64,000 bases of DNA from a virus: IMG/VR virus record IMGVR_UViG_3300021185_002167, positions 1 through 64,000 of that record. The stretch is one strand, 5' to 3'. Made by a program: the position numbers and the translations under genes. How positions within the stretch are numbered: position 1 is the first letter of the stretch; each line of letters begins with the position of its first letter. Shown piece by piece: positions 1-9,431 of the stretch. Under the pieces are notes generated by a model. That model worked only from the letters and a program-made list of their open reading frames with translations, ran no database searches and was not told where the DNA came from.

Positions 1-1
1 T

Positions 2-853
2 AGTTCTTTAGTTAGTAGAATGAAAATTAAAGGTTCAACTGGAAACGTTGGTATTGGAATAGATGACCCTCAGCATGAACTTCAAGTATTTGGCCAACAA
101 CCGCGAATAAGTATAAGAGATTCAAGTAATGGCGGTGGCGGAACTTGGACTTTAAATAGAGAGATTGCTACTCTAGAATTTATGACTTCTGATACTACAG
201 GCATGGGACCACATGCCGTTGCAGAAATAAAAGTTGTTACCGGTACTGATGGACAAGCTAGTCCTCCCGGTGATATGACCTTTACTACTGCTAGTTATAA
301 CAATGCTCCAAACGAAAGAGGTCGTTTTACATATGGTGGAAGTTTTATAGTTGGTAATACGGCTGAACCAACGGGTAGTAACGGAGGTGGTTCAGGATTT
401 ATCGCAGATAGTGTAGGTAGAAAAAATCTGGTATTGGCAACAACAAGTACAAGTCTTATTGATGTAGCAAACTTTAGAAACCCAAATGGTACTGTAGGAA
501 CTATAAGAACTAATGGGTCAAGTACATCATATTACACCTCATCAGACTATAGATTAAAAGAAAATGTAGTTACAGATTGGGATGCAACAACAAGATTAAA
601 ACAATTAAAACCATCAAGGTTTAACTTTATAGCAGACGGTGATACTACTCTTGACGGTTTCTTAGCTCACGAAGTACAAGACATAGTTCCTGAAGCTACA
701 CACGGAACAAAGGATGAACTTGATAGCGATGGCAATCCTGAATATCAAGGTATCGATCACGCAAAACTTGTGCCGCTTTTAACTAAAGCACTACAAGAAG
801 CAATAACAAAAATAGAAGATTTAACAACAAGAATAGAAACATTAGAAGAATAG
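2..853 (+). CDS. Tail fibre C-terminal part with intramolecular chaperone (peptidase S74-like) domain; 5'-truncated by the window
   Basis: Frame open from position 2 (first ATG at 20); GNVGIG fibre repeat; TSSDYRLKENV autocleavage motif, GFLAHEVQ, C-terminal coiled coil. Confidence 0.85.
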   Translation, partial: SSLVSRMKIKGSTGNVGIGIDDPQHELQVFGQQPRISIRDSSNGGGGTWTLNREIATLEFMTSDTTGMGPHAVAEIKVVTGTDGQASPPGDMTFTTASYNNAPNERGRFTYGGSFIVGNTAEPTGSNGGGSGFIADSVGRKNLVLATTSTSLIDVANFRNPNGTVGTIRTNGSSTSYYTSSDYRLKENVVTDWDATTRLKQLKPSRFNFIADGDTTLDGFLAHEVQDIVPEATHGTKDELDSDGNPEYQGIDHAKLVPLLTKALQEAITKIEDLTTRIETLEE

Positions 854-855
854 GA

Positions 856-863
856 TATAAATA
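856..863 (+). promoter_or_regulatory. T4-type late promoter TATAAATA
   Basis: Exact gp55 consensus, 6 nt before the ATG at 870. Confidence 0.8.
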
Positions 864-869
864 AGTACT

Positions 870-3584
870 ATGGCATTTACAATAAACAGAAGATTATCTC
901 AACTATTAGACAGCAGTGGTCAGTTATTATCGGGTAAAATACCTAACGATTATATAACTACAGATCATATTGCTAATAATGCTATTACAACTTCAATGTT
1001 GCATACTGGTTTTTTAGTACCTTCAAGTAGCTTATCATCAATTGATACTGATAATGTTGAAGAAGGTTCAACAAATGTTTATTACACTGATGCTCGTGTA
1101 GGCACATACATTTCTGGTAACAGAAGCTATGGTAATATTACTACAACAGGATATCTTGCAGGACCTGCTACGTTTACAATCGATCCAGCTGGAGTAGGAG
1201 ACAATACTGGAACAGTCGTTATCGCTGGTAACTTACAGGTTGATGGAACTACAACTACTATTAATAGTACAACTCTTGCAGTTGATGACTTAAATTTAAC
1301 TTTAGCAAGTGGCGCAGCCGATTCATCTGCAGCAAATGGAGCTGGAATAACAATTGACGGCGCAAGTGCTACAATTACATACGATGGTACAAACGATGAG
1401 TGGGACTTTAACAAAGGTATACACATTAATAGTACTGACTCAATTAAATTACCAGTAGGTACAACAGCTCAAAGAAATAGTAGTCCAGTTGCAGGTATGT
1501 TTAGATATAATTCTACAACAGGAGAATTTGAAGGATACACTGATGCATGGGGTGCAATTGCTGGCGGTGGGAATGGCTCTTATTCAACAGATAAATTTAC
1601 TGCTACTTCAGGACAAACTAACTTTACACTTTCATCAACAGTCACTGACGAAGATAATCTTATCGTATTCGTTGATGGTGTATTTCAAGCACATGATACA
1701 TACACTGTTTCAGGAACAACGCTTATATTTTCTACTGGTATAGTTTTAAATAGAGTAGTTACAGTATATCACGTAACACCAGTTTCTATTGGTGTACCTT
1801 CAGATAATACCGTTACTTCAGCAAAACTAAGTGGCGCTTTAACAACACCTGGAGATTTAACTGTTCCTGGTTCAGGAGATGTTAATACAGGAATATTAGC
1901 AACACATTCACGTGCAGGTGTTGGTATGACACTAAGACTCAATAACACAAATAATGGCAGCGATAAAGGTTCAGGTATTAAATGGCAAAGCGGAGGATTT
2001 GATACTTCAGCAATAATAGGTCGTAGTGATGCGGCTGCAACATCAGGCGATTCTCCTGGTTATTTGACTTTACATACATCAGCCGATGGTACAGATAATT
2101 TAACAGAAAGAATGCGTATTGATTCATCAGGAAACGTTGGAATTGGAACAACTCCGCAATCAACTGTAGGGATAGTAGATATTGCAGGTTCTGCAACTAA
2201 CTATAATACCGCCCCTATGATTACTTTTAGAGATTCGACTGGAGCAGCTGATTCTAGAAACTGGAGTATAGGTAATATTGCGATTAACTATGGAGATTTT
2301 CATATTGGAGTTGGAAATTCAAATAGTGATTATTTTGATGCTACATCTCATTCAAAATTTATGATAAATAAAGATGGCAATGTTGGAATTGGAACGACTA
2401 GTCCTGCAACAGGTCTTGAAGTTGCTACTACAAACTATACTTTTGCAGGTACTAATTTTGATATATATGGATTATTTGGCGATACAAGTGGTGGTATCCG
2501 TTTAGGTGCAGATAGTAGTAATGAAGATTCTGTTATAGGAACGACAGGTACTAATAATCTTCAGTTTGTAACTTACAATGGTTCTGCTTGGGGAAGTCGA
2601 ATGACTCTAACCAATACAGGCAACTTGTTGGTAGGTAATACAGTTGTTAATCCTGCTAGTGGATTTGCTTCTCAAAAAGGTTTTGGTTATGCAGCATCAA
2701 CAGGTAAAGTTGAAATTGCTACAGATGCTAATGCTGCTGTTATGGAACTTGGCAAGAACAACTCTAATGATGGAAGTATCTTAGTATTTCGCAAACAATC
2801 TAATACAGTTGGAAGTATTGGTACTGAAGGTGGTGATATAGTTATTGGTACTGGTGATACAGCAGTGCAATTCGCTGATTCATTAGATTGTATTAGACCA
2901 TTCACATCTTCAGGTTCAGGTAATGGCGGTAGAGATAATGCGATTGATTTAGGTGCATCAGGTCAAAGATTTAAAGACCTACACCTTTCAAATAGAGCTA
3001 ATGTGGGACATGTTCATTTATCTAATGCTGGGAACTACACAAATAATCACGTCGGAGTATATGCAAACGGCACTGTTGTTAATACAGCAGCTAGCCAAGA
3101 TGGTTGGCTTATGCAAGGTGGTTACGGAAAGCTTAAATGGGACTCAACTGGAGTTATGTTAAATGGTATTACATATGAACCAAATAAACCTCACTGGTAT
3201 GGTAGTGTAACAAATACAAATGGTAGTGGAGTAGCAAATTCTGGAGTTGCATATACTGCTCTTAGTAACAATACTATTACAGGTTCAGTAGTAAGTGGCC
3301 AATTTAGACTTATTGCTCCTCATGGTGGATTGTATTTAATAAACTTTAATACTATCTGTGATACTACAACTGGAAGAATAGATAGTAGAGTTTTGGTAAA
3401 TGGCAACGTTGTTACTGAACAATTATCTGAAAATAATGGTACCGGCTACCATTATAGAGGTGTAAGTATTGTAGTAAAACTTGCATATAATGATTACGTA
3501 ACTTTTGTAAATGATGATTGGTACAACGCAACAGTAACAACTTTTGAGGCCTGGAGAACAGCCTCTATAACAATGATAGGATAA
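870..3584 (+). CDS. Tail fibre / virion structural protein
   Basis: Gly/Thr/Ser-rich; repeats ERMRIDSSGNVGIGTT, FMINKDGNVGIGTTSP; LPVGTTAQR...FRYNSTTGEFEGY motif; beta-rich C1q/TNF-like tip (GGLYLINF). Confidence 0.8.
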   Translation: MAFTINRRLSQLLDSSGQLLSGKIPNDYITTDHIANNAITTSMLHTGFLVPSSSLSSIDTDNVEEGSTNVYYTDARVGTYISGNRSYGNITTTGYLAGPATFTIDPAGVGDNTGTVVIAGNLQVDGTTTTINSTTLAVDDLNLTLASGAADSSAANGAGITIDGASATITYDGTNDEWDFNKGIHINSTDSIKLPVGTTAQRNSSPVAGMFRYNSTTGEFEGYTDAWGAIAGGGNGSYSTDKFTATSGQTNFTLSSTVTDEDNLIVFVDGVFQAHDTYTVSGTTLIFSTGIVLNRVVTVYHVTPVSIGVPSDNTVTSAKLSGALTTPGDLTVPGSGDVNTGILATHSRAGVGMTLRLNNTNNGSDKGSGIKWQSGGFDTSAIIGRSDAAATSGDSPGYLTLHTSADGTDNLTERMRIDSSGNVGIGTTPQSTVGIVDIAGSATNYNTAPMITFRDSTGAADSRNWSIGNIAINYGDFHIGVGNSNSDYFDATSHSKFMINKDGNVGIGTTSPATGLEVATTNYTFAGTNFDIYGLFGDTSGGIRLGADSSNEDSVIGTTGTNNLQFVTYNGSAWGSRMTLTNTGNLLVGNTVVNPASGFASQKGFGYAASTGKVEIATDANAAVMELGKNNSNDGSILVFRKQSNTVGSIGTEGGDIVIGTGDTAVQFADSLDCIRPFTSSGSGNGGRDNAIDLGASGQRFKDLHLSNRANVGHVHLSNAGNYTNNHVGVYANGTVVNTAASQDGWLMQGGYGKLKWDSTGVMLNGITYEPNKPHWYGSVTNTNGSGVANSGVAYTALSNNTITGSVVSGQFRLIAPHGGLYLINFNTICDTTTGRIDSRVLVNGNVVTEQLSENNGTGYHYRGVSIVVKLAYNDYVTFVNDDWYNATVTTFEAWRTASITMIG

Positions 3585-3589
3585 AAAAA

Positions 3590-3853
3590 ATGGCAATAAT
3601 AACAAATGAACTAACAAGTACAGATTATAAAGTATTTGAGTATGTAACTAATGACCCAACGGGTTGGGTAGAAGGCGCTATAATTAGTAGGCTTGCGATA
3701 GCAAAAAGCGAAATTTTAACGGCTTTAATGCAGCATTGTAATGAAAATGAAATTGCATTAGCTGTAGGAGAAGAAGCTCAAATAAATCAAGCATTCGAAT
3801 TAGATGTAGCACTAACTGTTACAGAAAGAAATGCTCTTTCAGATCTTTCCTAG
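3590..3853 (+). CDS. Small tail-fibre-associated protein (hypothetical)
   Basis: 87-aa ORF directly after the fibre gene. Confidence 0.55.
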   Translation: MAIITNELTSTDYKVFEYVTNDPTGWVEGAIISRLAIAKSEILTALMQHCNENEIALAVGEEAQINQAFELDVALTVTERNALSDLS

Positions 3854-3868
3854 TAAGGCTTAAACTGT

Positions 3869-3876
3869 TATAAATA
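3869..3876 (+). promoter_or_regulatory. Late promoter TATAAATA
   Basis: Exact consensus upstream of gp13. Confidence 0.8.
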
Positions 3877-3896
3877 GAATATAATAGGAAATAAAT

Positions 3897-4646
3897 ATGG
3901 CAGCACCAAATAGTAAAACAACACTTATCGATTATTGCTTACGTAATCTCGGAGCTCCTGTAATCGAAATTAATGTAGATGAAGATCAAATAGATGACAG
4001 AATAGACGAAGCTCTACAATTCTATCAGACTTATCATGCTGACTCTATAGAAAAATTCTATTTAAAACATGAAGTAACTCAGAATGATATTACAAATGGT
4101 TATATTACAACAAGTAATTTAATAACAGATGTTGTAAGAGTATTACCTATAAGAGATTCTGTAACATCAAGTGATATGTTTGATATAAGATATCAGATAC
4201 ATTTAAATGATATACATTCAGTTGGCTTTATGGGTAACCTTACTGATTACGTTATGTCGCAACAGTTTTTATCTCTTTTAGATGTCGTTCTTGACTCAGA
4301 TGAAAAACATATTAACTTTGATAGACATAAAAATAGAATCGATATCTTTATGGATTGGTCAGAAGAAGTTGTTGTAGGAGATTATTTAGTAGTTGAATGT
4401 TATCGTATAATAGACCCAGACACTTATACAGCAGTATATAACGATTATTTCTTAAAAAGATATGCAACAGCATTAATCAAAAGACAATGGGGTACAAACC
4501 TTATTAAATTCGAAGGAATGGTTATGCCGGGCGGTGTAACATTTAATGGACGTCAAATATTTGATGACGCAAACGAAGAAATAACAAAATTAGAAGAAGA
4601 GGCTAGACTTAACTGGGAACAGCCAGTCGACTTCATGACAGGATAA
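3897..4646 (+). CDS. gp13: Neck protein gp13
   Basis: LRNLGAPVIEINV, YNDYFLKRYATALIKRQWG, MPGGVTFNG motifs; synteny. Confidence 0.92.
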   Translation: MAAPNSKTTLIDYCLRNLGAPVIEINVDEDQIDDRIDEALQFYQTYHADSIEKFYLKHEVTQNDITNGYITTSNLITDVVRVLPIRDSVTSSDMFDIRYQIHLNDIHSVGFMGNLTDYVMSQQFLSLLDVVLDSDEKHINFDRHKNRIDIFMDWSEEVVVGDYLVVECYRIIDPDTYTAVYNDYFLKRYATALIKRQWGTNLIKFEGMVMPGGVTFNGRQIFDDANEEITKLEEEARLNWEQPVDFMTG

Positions 4647-4649
4647 AAC

Positions 4650-5594
4650 ATGCCGAGAAATGTATACTTTTCTCAGGCCGTTAAAAGTGAACAACACTTA
4701 TACGAAGACCTGATAATAGAATCACTAGGAATATATGGACAAGATGTCTATTACATTCCACGTACGCTTGTAAACAGAGATTCTATATTAGGCGAAGATC
4801 CAGCTTCAAGCTTTGATGATGCATATCTTCTTGAAATGTATATTGAAAATACTGAAGGGTTTGAAGGTTCAGGCGACTTATATTCTAAATTTGGTTTAGA
4901 AATACGAGACGATGCAACTTTTATAGTATCAAGAAGACGTTGGGAAACAAGAGTTGGTACTTTCTCAAGCAATGTAACAGATCCAAGACCTCAAGAAGGA
5001 GATTTAATCTTCTTACCAATGACAAATTCATTCTTTGAAATTAGTTATGTTGAAGATGATTCACCGTTTTATCAGTTATCTAACTTACCAGTATATAAAA
5101 TGCAATGTTCATTATTTGAATATAACGATGAAGATTTCGAAACTGGTGTTACATCAATTGATGAAGCAACATCAAAAGCTGCTTATCAAATGCCAATTGA
5201 TATTGCAATTACAGGTGGTAATCACTTCCAGGTTGGAGAGATAATAGAACAAGTTATAACTCCAGCAGATGGCGACATTCCAGCAGTTATAGTATATGGT
5301 GAGGTACAACAAAGAACAAAAGCTTCAGATATTTTAAGTAAGCTTTGGGTATCTAATATAGGAACATCGGGTACATCAATTGCAAAAGAATTTACAGTTG
5401 GTGGTGTAGTAACAGGCAGAACTTCAACTAATACTGGAACAGTAGCTACTATTTATAGTGATTTAACAGATACAACTGGAAGCGCTTGGGCTGCCGATGA
5501 AGCTGCTCAAAATATTGATTTTGAATTAGAAGCTGATGGATTTATTGATTTTTCTGAATCGAATCCATTTGGCGATCCATCGGAGACGTACTAA
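4650..5594 (+). CDS. gp14: Neck protein gp14
   Basis: GQDVYYIPR, SKFGLEIRD, PQEGDLI, PFYQL, ESNPFG; synteny. Confidence 0.92.
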   Translation: MPRNVYFSQAVKSEQHLYEDLIIESLGIYGQDVYYIPRTLVNRDSILGEDPASSFDDAYLLEMYIENTEGFEGSGDLYSKFGLEIRDDATFIVSRRRWETRVGTFSSNVTDPRPQEGDLIFLPMTNSFFEISYVEDDSPFYQLSNLPVYKMQCSLFEYNDEDFETGVTSIDEATSKAAYQMPIDIAITGGNHFQVGEIIEQVITPADGDIPAVIVYGEVQQRTKASDILSKLWVSNIGTSGTSIAKEFTVGGVVTGRTSTNTGTVATIYSDLTDTTGSAWAADEAAQNIDFELEADGFIDFSESNPFGDPSETY

Positions 5595-6343
5595 TGTTTG
5601 GTGACCATTTCTATCACGCAACAATGAGAAAGTCAGTAGCTGTCTTTGGCACATTATTTAATAACTTAAAAGTTATGAGAAAAGCCGCTGATGGAAGCGT
5701 ATTAAACCAAACAAGAGTACCATTAGCTTATGGACCTAAACAAAAATTCTTAGCTCGTCTTGATCAAGAAACTGGATTTGACGCTCAAATGGCGATTAAG
5801 TTACCAAGGATGGGATTTGAGATTACTGGTATTACTTTAGACCCAACTCAAAAAGGTGCTAAGAGAAATATAATATCCGAAACTCATGGTTCAGATATTA
5901 CTAAAAAGAAAACAATTAAACATTATACTTCATACGATATCGGTATGTCTTTATATGTACTTGTTAAAAATCAAGATGATGGACTACAAATTGTAGAACA
6001 AATTTTACCATACTTTCAACCAGAATATAATGTCACAATAACTCCGGTTGCAGGTTTTGATTATAAACAAGATGTATCAGTAATACTTGGAAGTGTTGCT
6101 ATTGATGACCAATATGAAGGAGACTTTTCAGAGAGAAGAGTACTTATATATCAATTAGATTTTACAATGAAGATGAAGTTCTTTGGTCCAACAGCTGACC
6201 AAAATATAATACGTGAAGTTAACTTAGACTTTCATGATAAAGATAATGTAGGAAGAACATTTGAGGAAATGGACTTTACTGTAGGTGGTACTGATGATGC
6301 TGATGATTACACTATTACTACTACAATTACTGAAGGTGGATAA
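5594..6343 (+). CDS. gp15: Tail sheath stabiliser/terminator gp15
   Basis: FGTLFNN, VPLAYGPKQKF, LPRMGFE, QIVEQILPYFQP. Confidence 0.92.
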   Translation: MFGDHFYHATMRKSVAVFGTLFNNLKVMRKAADGSVLNQTRVPLAYGPKQKFLARLDQETGFDAQMAIKLPRMGFEITGITLDPTQKGAKRNIISETHGSDITKKKTIKHYTSYDIGMSLYVLVKNQDDGLQIVEQILPYFQPEYNVTITPVAGFDYKQDVSVILGSVAIDDQYEGDFSERRVLIYQLDFTMKMKFFGPTADQNIIREVNLDFHDKDNVGRTFEEMDFTVGGTDDADDYTITTTITEGG

Positions 6344-6756
6344 TGGACAAGAAAGAAAAGATGACTGCGAGTTTAGAAAAGAACTTACCAACTATTAAAA
6401 AAGATAGACCAGTTAAAATAGATAAAGACATAAAAGACGATTATGACTTTTCACGTAAGACTTATAAAGACCTAATATATAACGGAACAAGGTCAATGGA
6501 TGTATTATCTGAACTTGCAATAGAATCAGAACATCCAAGAGCATTTGAAGTCCTTGCACAAACAATAAAGAATATAAGTGATGTTACTAAAAATCTTATG
6601 GATTTGCAAAAGCAAAAGAAAGATTTAACTAAAGAAGAAAGAGAAGAAGCAAAAACTGTGACAAATAACAATATGTTTGTGGGTAGTACTACTGACTTAC
6701 AAAGAATGTTATTAAATAAAGATAATGTAATCGATGCAACAGACAATAAAGAATAA
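6343..6756 (+). CDS. gp16: Terminase small subunit gp16
   Basis: EHPRAFEV, NNNMFVGSTTDL; precedes gp17. Confidence 0.9.
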   Translation: MDKKEKMTASLEKNLPTIKKDRPVKIDKDIKDDYDFSRKTYKDLIYNGTRSMDVLSELAIESEHPRAFEVLAQTIKNISDVTKNLMDLQKQKKDLTKEEREEAKTVTNNNMFVGSTTDLQRMLLNKDNVIDATDNKE

Positions 6757-8347
6757 TGAGTTTGGTTACTTAGGTAATCCAAATGTTAAGAGAGATGGTG
6801 TTCAATCATCTTTTACTAAAGAAGAGATTATCGAATATAAGAAGTGTATGGATTCGCCATCGTACTTTGCAAGAAACTATGTAAAAATTATATCACTTGA
6901 TGAGGGATTAGTACCATTTAATCTTTATCCATATCAAGAAGAAATGTTCGATCATTTTAAAGCAAATCGATTTTCTATAGTTTTAGCTTGTAGACAGAGT
7001 GGTAAATCAATATCATCAGTTGTATATCTCTTATGGTACGCTGTATTTCATCCTGAAAAGACTATTGCAGTTTTAGCTAATAAAGGTGCAGTTGCCAGAG
7101 AGATGTTAGCACGTATAACACTTGCATTAGAGAACCTACCATTCTTTTTACAGCCTGGATGTAAAGCTTTAAATAAAGGTAGTATTGAATTTAGTAATAA
7201 TTCTAAGATAATAGCTGCAGCTACAAGTGGTAGTTCTATTCGTGGTTTATCTATTAACTTACTTTTTTTAGATGAGTTTGCATTCGTTGAAAATGATGCA
7301 CAGTTTTATACATCTACATATCCTGTAGTATCAGCTGGTAGAGATACTCAGATTGTTATCACATCTACAGCAAATGGTATAGGTAATGTATATCATAAAC
7401 TATGGGAAGGAGCTGTACAGAAAACAAATGAGTTTAAACCTTTTAGAGTTGATTGGTGGGATGTTCCAGGAAGAGATGATAAGTGGAAACAACAAACAGT
7501 ATCAAATACATCCGAGTTACAGTTTGAACAAGAGTTTGGTAATACCTTTCATGGAAGAGGTAATACATTAATAGGTGCAAATTATTTACTTGCACAACAA
7601 AGTGTTGAGCCACAGTTTATAAAAGAGAATATCATGATATATTCTCAACCAGAACAAGAAGCTGAATATGTAATGTGCGTTGATGTTTCTAAAGGTAGAA
7701 ACCAAGACTATAGCACATTTACTATAATAGATGTAAGTAAACAGCCATTTGAACAGGTTGCTATTTTTAGAGATAATAATATATCACCAATGCTTTTACC
7801 AGATATCATATACAAGTATGCTAATCTATATAATGAAGCTTATGTTGTTGTAGAAAGTAACGATCAAGGTGGTGTAGTTTGTAATGGTTTATATTACGAT
7901 TTAGAATATGAAAACATGTTTGTAGAATCAAGTATTAAAGCAAATGCTCTTGGTGCTACAATGACACGAAGAGTAAAGCGTATTGGTTGTTCAACGATAA
8001 AAGATTTAATTGAACAAGGCAAACTTAAGATAAATGATGCTCAAACAATAATAGAAATGAGTACTTTTGTAAGTAAAGGGAATAGTTATATGGCTGTTGG
8101 ACCAAATCATGATGACCTTATGATGAACTTAGTTCTCTTTGCTTGGTTTACAACAACTGATGTATTTGAATCATTAACAAATATTGATATGAAAGATATG
8201 CTTTATAAAGAAAGATTAAAAGCTATTCAAGACGATATGTTACCTTTCGGTTTTGTCGAAAGTGGAAACTACGAAAAGGATAAATATACTAAAGACGATG
8301 ATGGTAACATTTGGTTCGAGCAAGAATGGACAGGAAATAACATATGA
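6734..8347 (+). CDS. gp17: Terminase large subunit gp17
   Basis: YLGNPN, Walker A RQSGKS, Walker B LLFLDEFAF, TSTANG, nuclease VDVSKG...DYS, HDDLMM. Confidence 0.96.
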   Translation: MQQTIKNNEFGYLGNPNVKRDGVQSSFTKEEIIEYKKCMDSPSYFARNYVKIISLDEGLVPFNLYPYQEEMFDHFKANRFSIVLACRQSGKSISSVVYLLWYAVFHPEKTIAVLANKGAVAREMLARITLALENLPFFLQPGCKALNKGSIEFSNNSKIIAAATSGSSIRGLSINLLFLDEFAFVENDAQFYTSTYPVVSAGRDTQIVITSTANGIGNVYHKLWEGAVQKTNEFKPFRVDWWDVPGRDDKWKQQTVSNTSELQFEQEFGNTFHGRGNTLIGANYLLAQQSVEPQFIKENIMIYSQPEQEAEYVMCVDVSKGRNQDYSTFTIIDVSKQPFEQVAIFRDNNISPMLLPDIIYKYANLYNEAYVVVESNDQGGVVCNGLYYDLEYENMFVESSIKANALGATMTRRVKRIGCSTIKDLIEQGKLKINDAQTIIEMSTFVSKGNSYMAVGPNHDDLMMNLVLFAWFTTTDVFESLTNIDMKDMLYKERLKAIQDDMLPFGFVESGNYEKDKYTKDDDGNIWFEQEWTGNNI

Positions 8348-9348
8348 AATACGAAATTTTAATACTTACACATTCACAAGCACATGTAAGAGATACTGAT
8401 TCTAAGGATTCAGGTAATCAATTATTGTTTATACAACAAGCCGCTAAACAAGGCATTAAGGTTCACACTGTAGATTTTCCAGGATTAGAAATTACTCAAA
8501 CAAAAGATGGCCATGTATTAACATCATATGCATTTGATAAAGATGGTCTTGTTATTATGCCAGATGATAAAGGCAATAAAGAAAAACAAAAGCCAATACT
8601 TATACATCCAGAAAAAACATTAATTATGCCAAGAGGTTTAGGAACAATAGGATTTACCGGTAATCGTAACTGGTATGACGAGATGAAAAACTTAGAGATG
8701 TTTGGTTATACATTAATTAACGATACTGAAGCATTTGATTTATGTAGTAGTAAATATTTAAGTTATCTTAAAATGGTAAAGAATAAAATACGTACTCCAA
8801 AGACAGTACCAATAACACATTCATCAGAAGTTGAAGAAGCAGTTGAAAAATTAAAGACAAGCTTTCCAATCGTACTTAAATCATCTACAGGTACTCAAAC
8901 TGGAGTAGGTGTTGTTATCGTAGAAAGTATGAGGTCATTAAGAGCTTTAGTTCAAATGATTCTTTTATATAATAAGAATTTACCACTTATAATACAAGAG
9001 TTTGTACCTATTGATTATGACATAAGAGTTCTTGTATGCGAAGGACAAATACTTGGTGCAATGAAGAGAGAAGTTATTTCAGGAGATGGTAGAAGTAATG
9101 TATCACTTGGAGCTGAAGCGGCAGAAATAGAACTTACAGATAAAGAAAAAGAAGAATCATTAAGAATAGCTCAAATATTTGGCACAAGATTAGCAGGTAT
9201 AGATTTATTACCAGCCGATAATAGAGAAAAGGATTTACCTTATTGTTTAGAGGTTAATTCAAATCCTGGCTTACAAGGTATTGAAAGATATGTTGGCGGT
9301 ATTACAAAACAATTTATAAACATGTTTAAGGATAAGGACATTTGGTAG
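8344..9348 (+). CDS. RimK-family ATP-grasp ligase
   Basis: IRTPKT, PIVLKSSTGTQTGVGV, IIQEFV, DIRVLV, RSNVSLG, AGIDLL, LEVNSNPG. Confidence 0.88.
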   Translation: MKYEILILTHSQAHVRDTDSKDSGNQLLFIQQAAKQGIKVHTVDFPGLEITQTKDGHVLTSYAFDKDGLVIMPDDKGNKEKQKPILIHPEKTLIMPRGLGTIGFTGNRNWYDEMKNLEMFGYTLINDTEAFDLCSSKYLSYLKMVKNKIRTPKTVPITHSSEVEEAVEKLKTSFPIVLKSSTGTQTGVGVVIVESMRSLRALVQMILLYNKNLPLIIQEFVPIDYDIRVLVCEGQILGAMKREVISGDGRSNVSLGAEAAEIELTDKEKEESLRIAQIFGTRLAGIDLLPADNREKDLPYCLEVNSNPGLQGIERYVGGITKQFINMFKDKDIW

Positions 9349-9364
9349 ATGAATATCATTTTAT

Positions 9365-9372
9365 TATAAATA
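9365..9372 (+). promoter_or_regulatory. Late promoter TATAAATA
   Basis: Exact consensus upstream of gp18. Confidence 0.8.
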
Positions 9373-9431
9373 AAAGTATGAATATTCTTATTATGAGACA
9401 TATTAACTAACTCAACAAAGAGGACAAAGCG

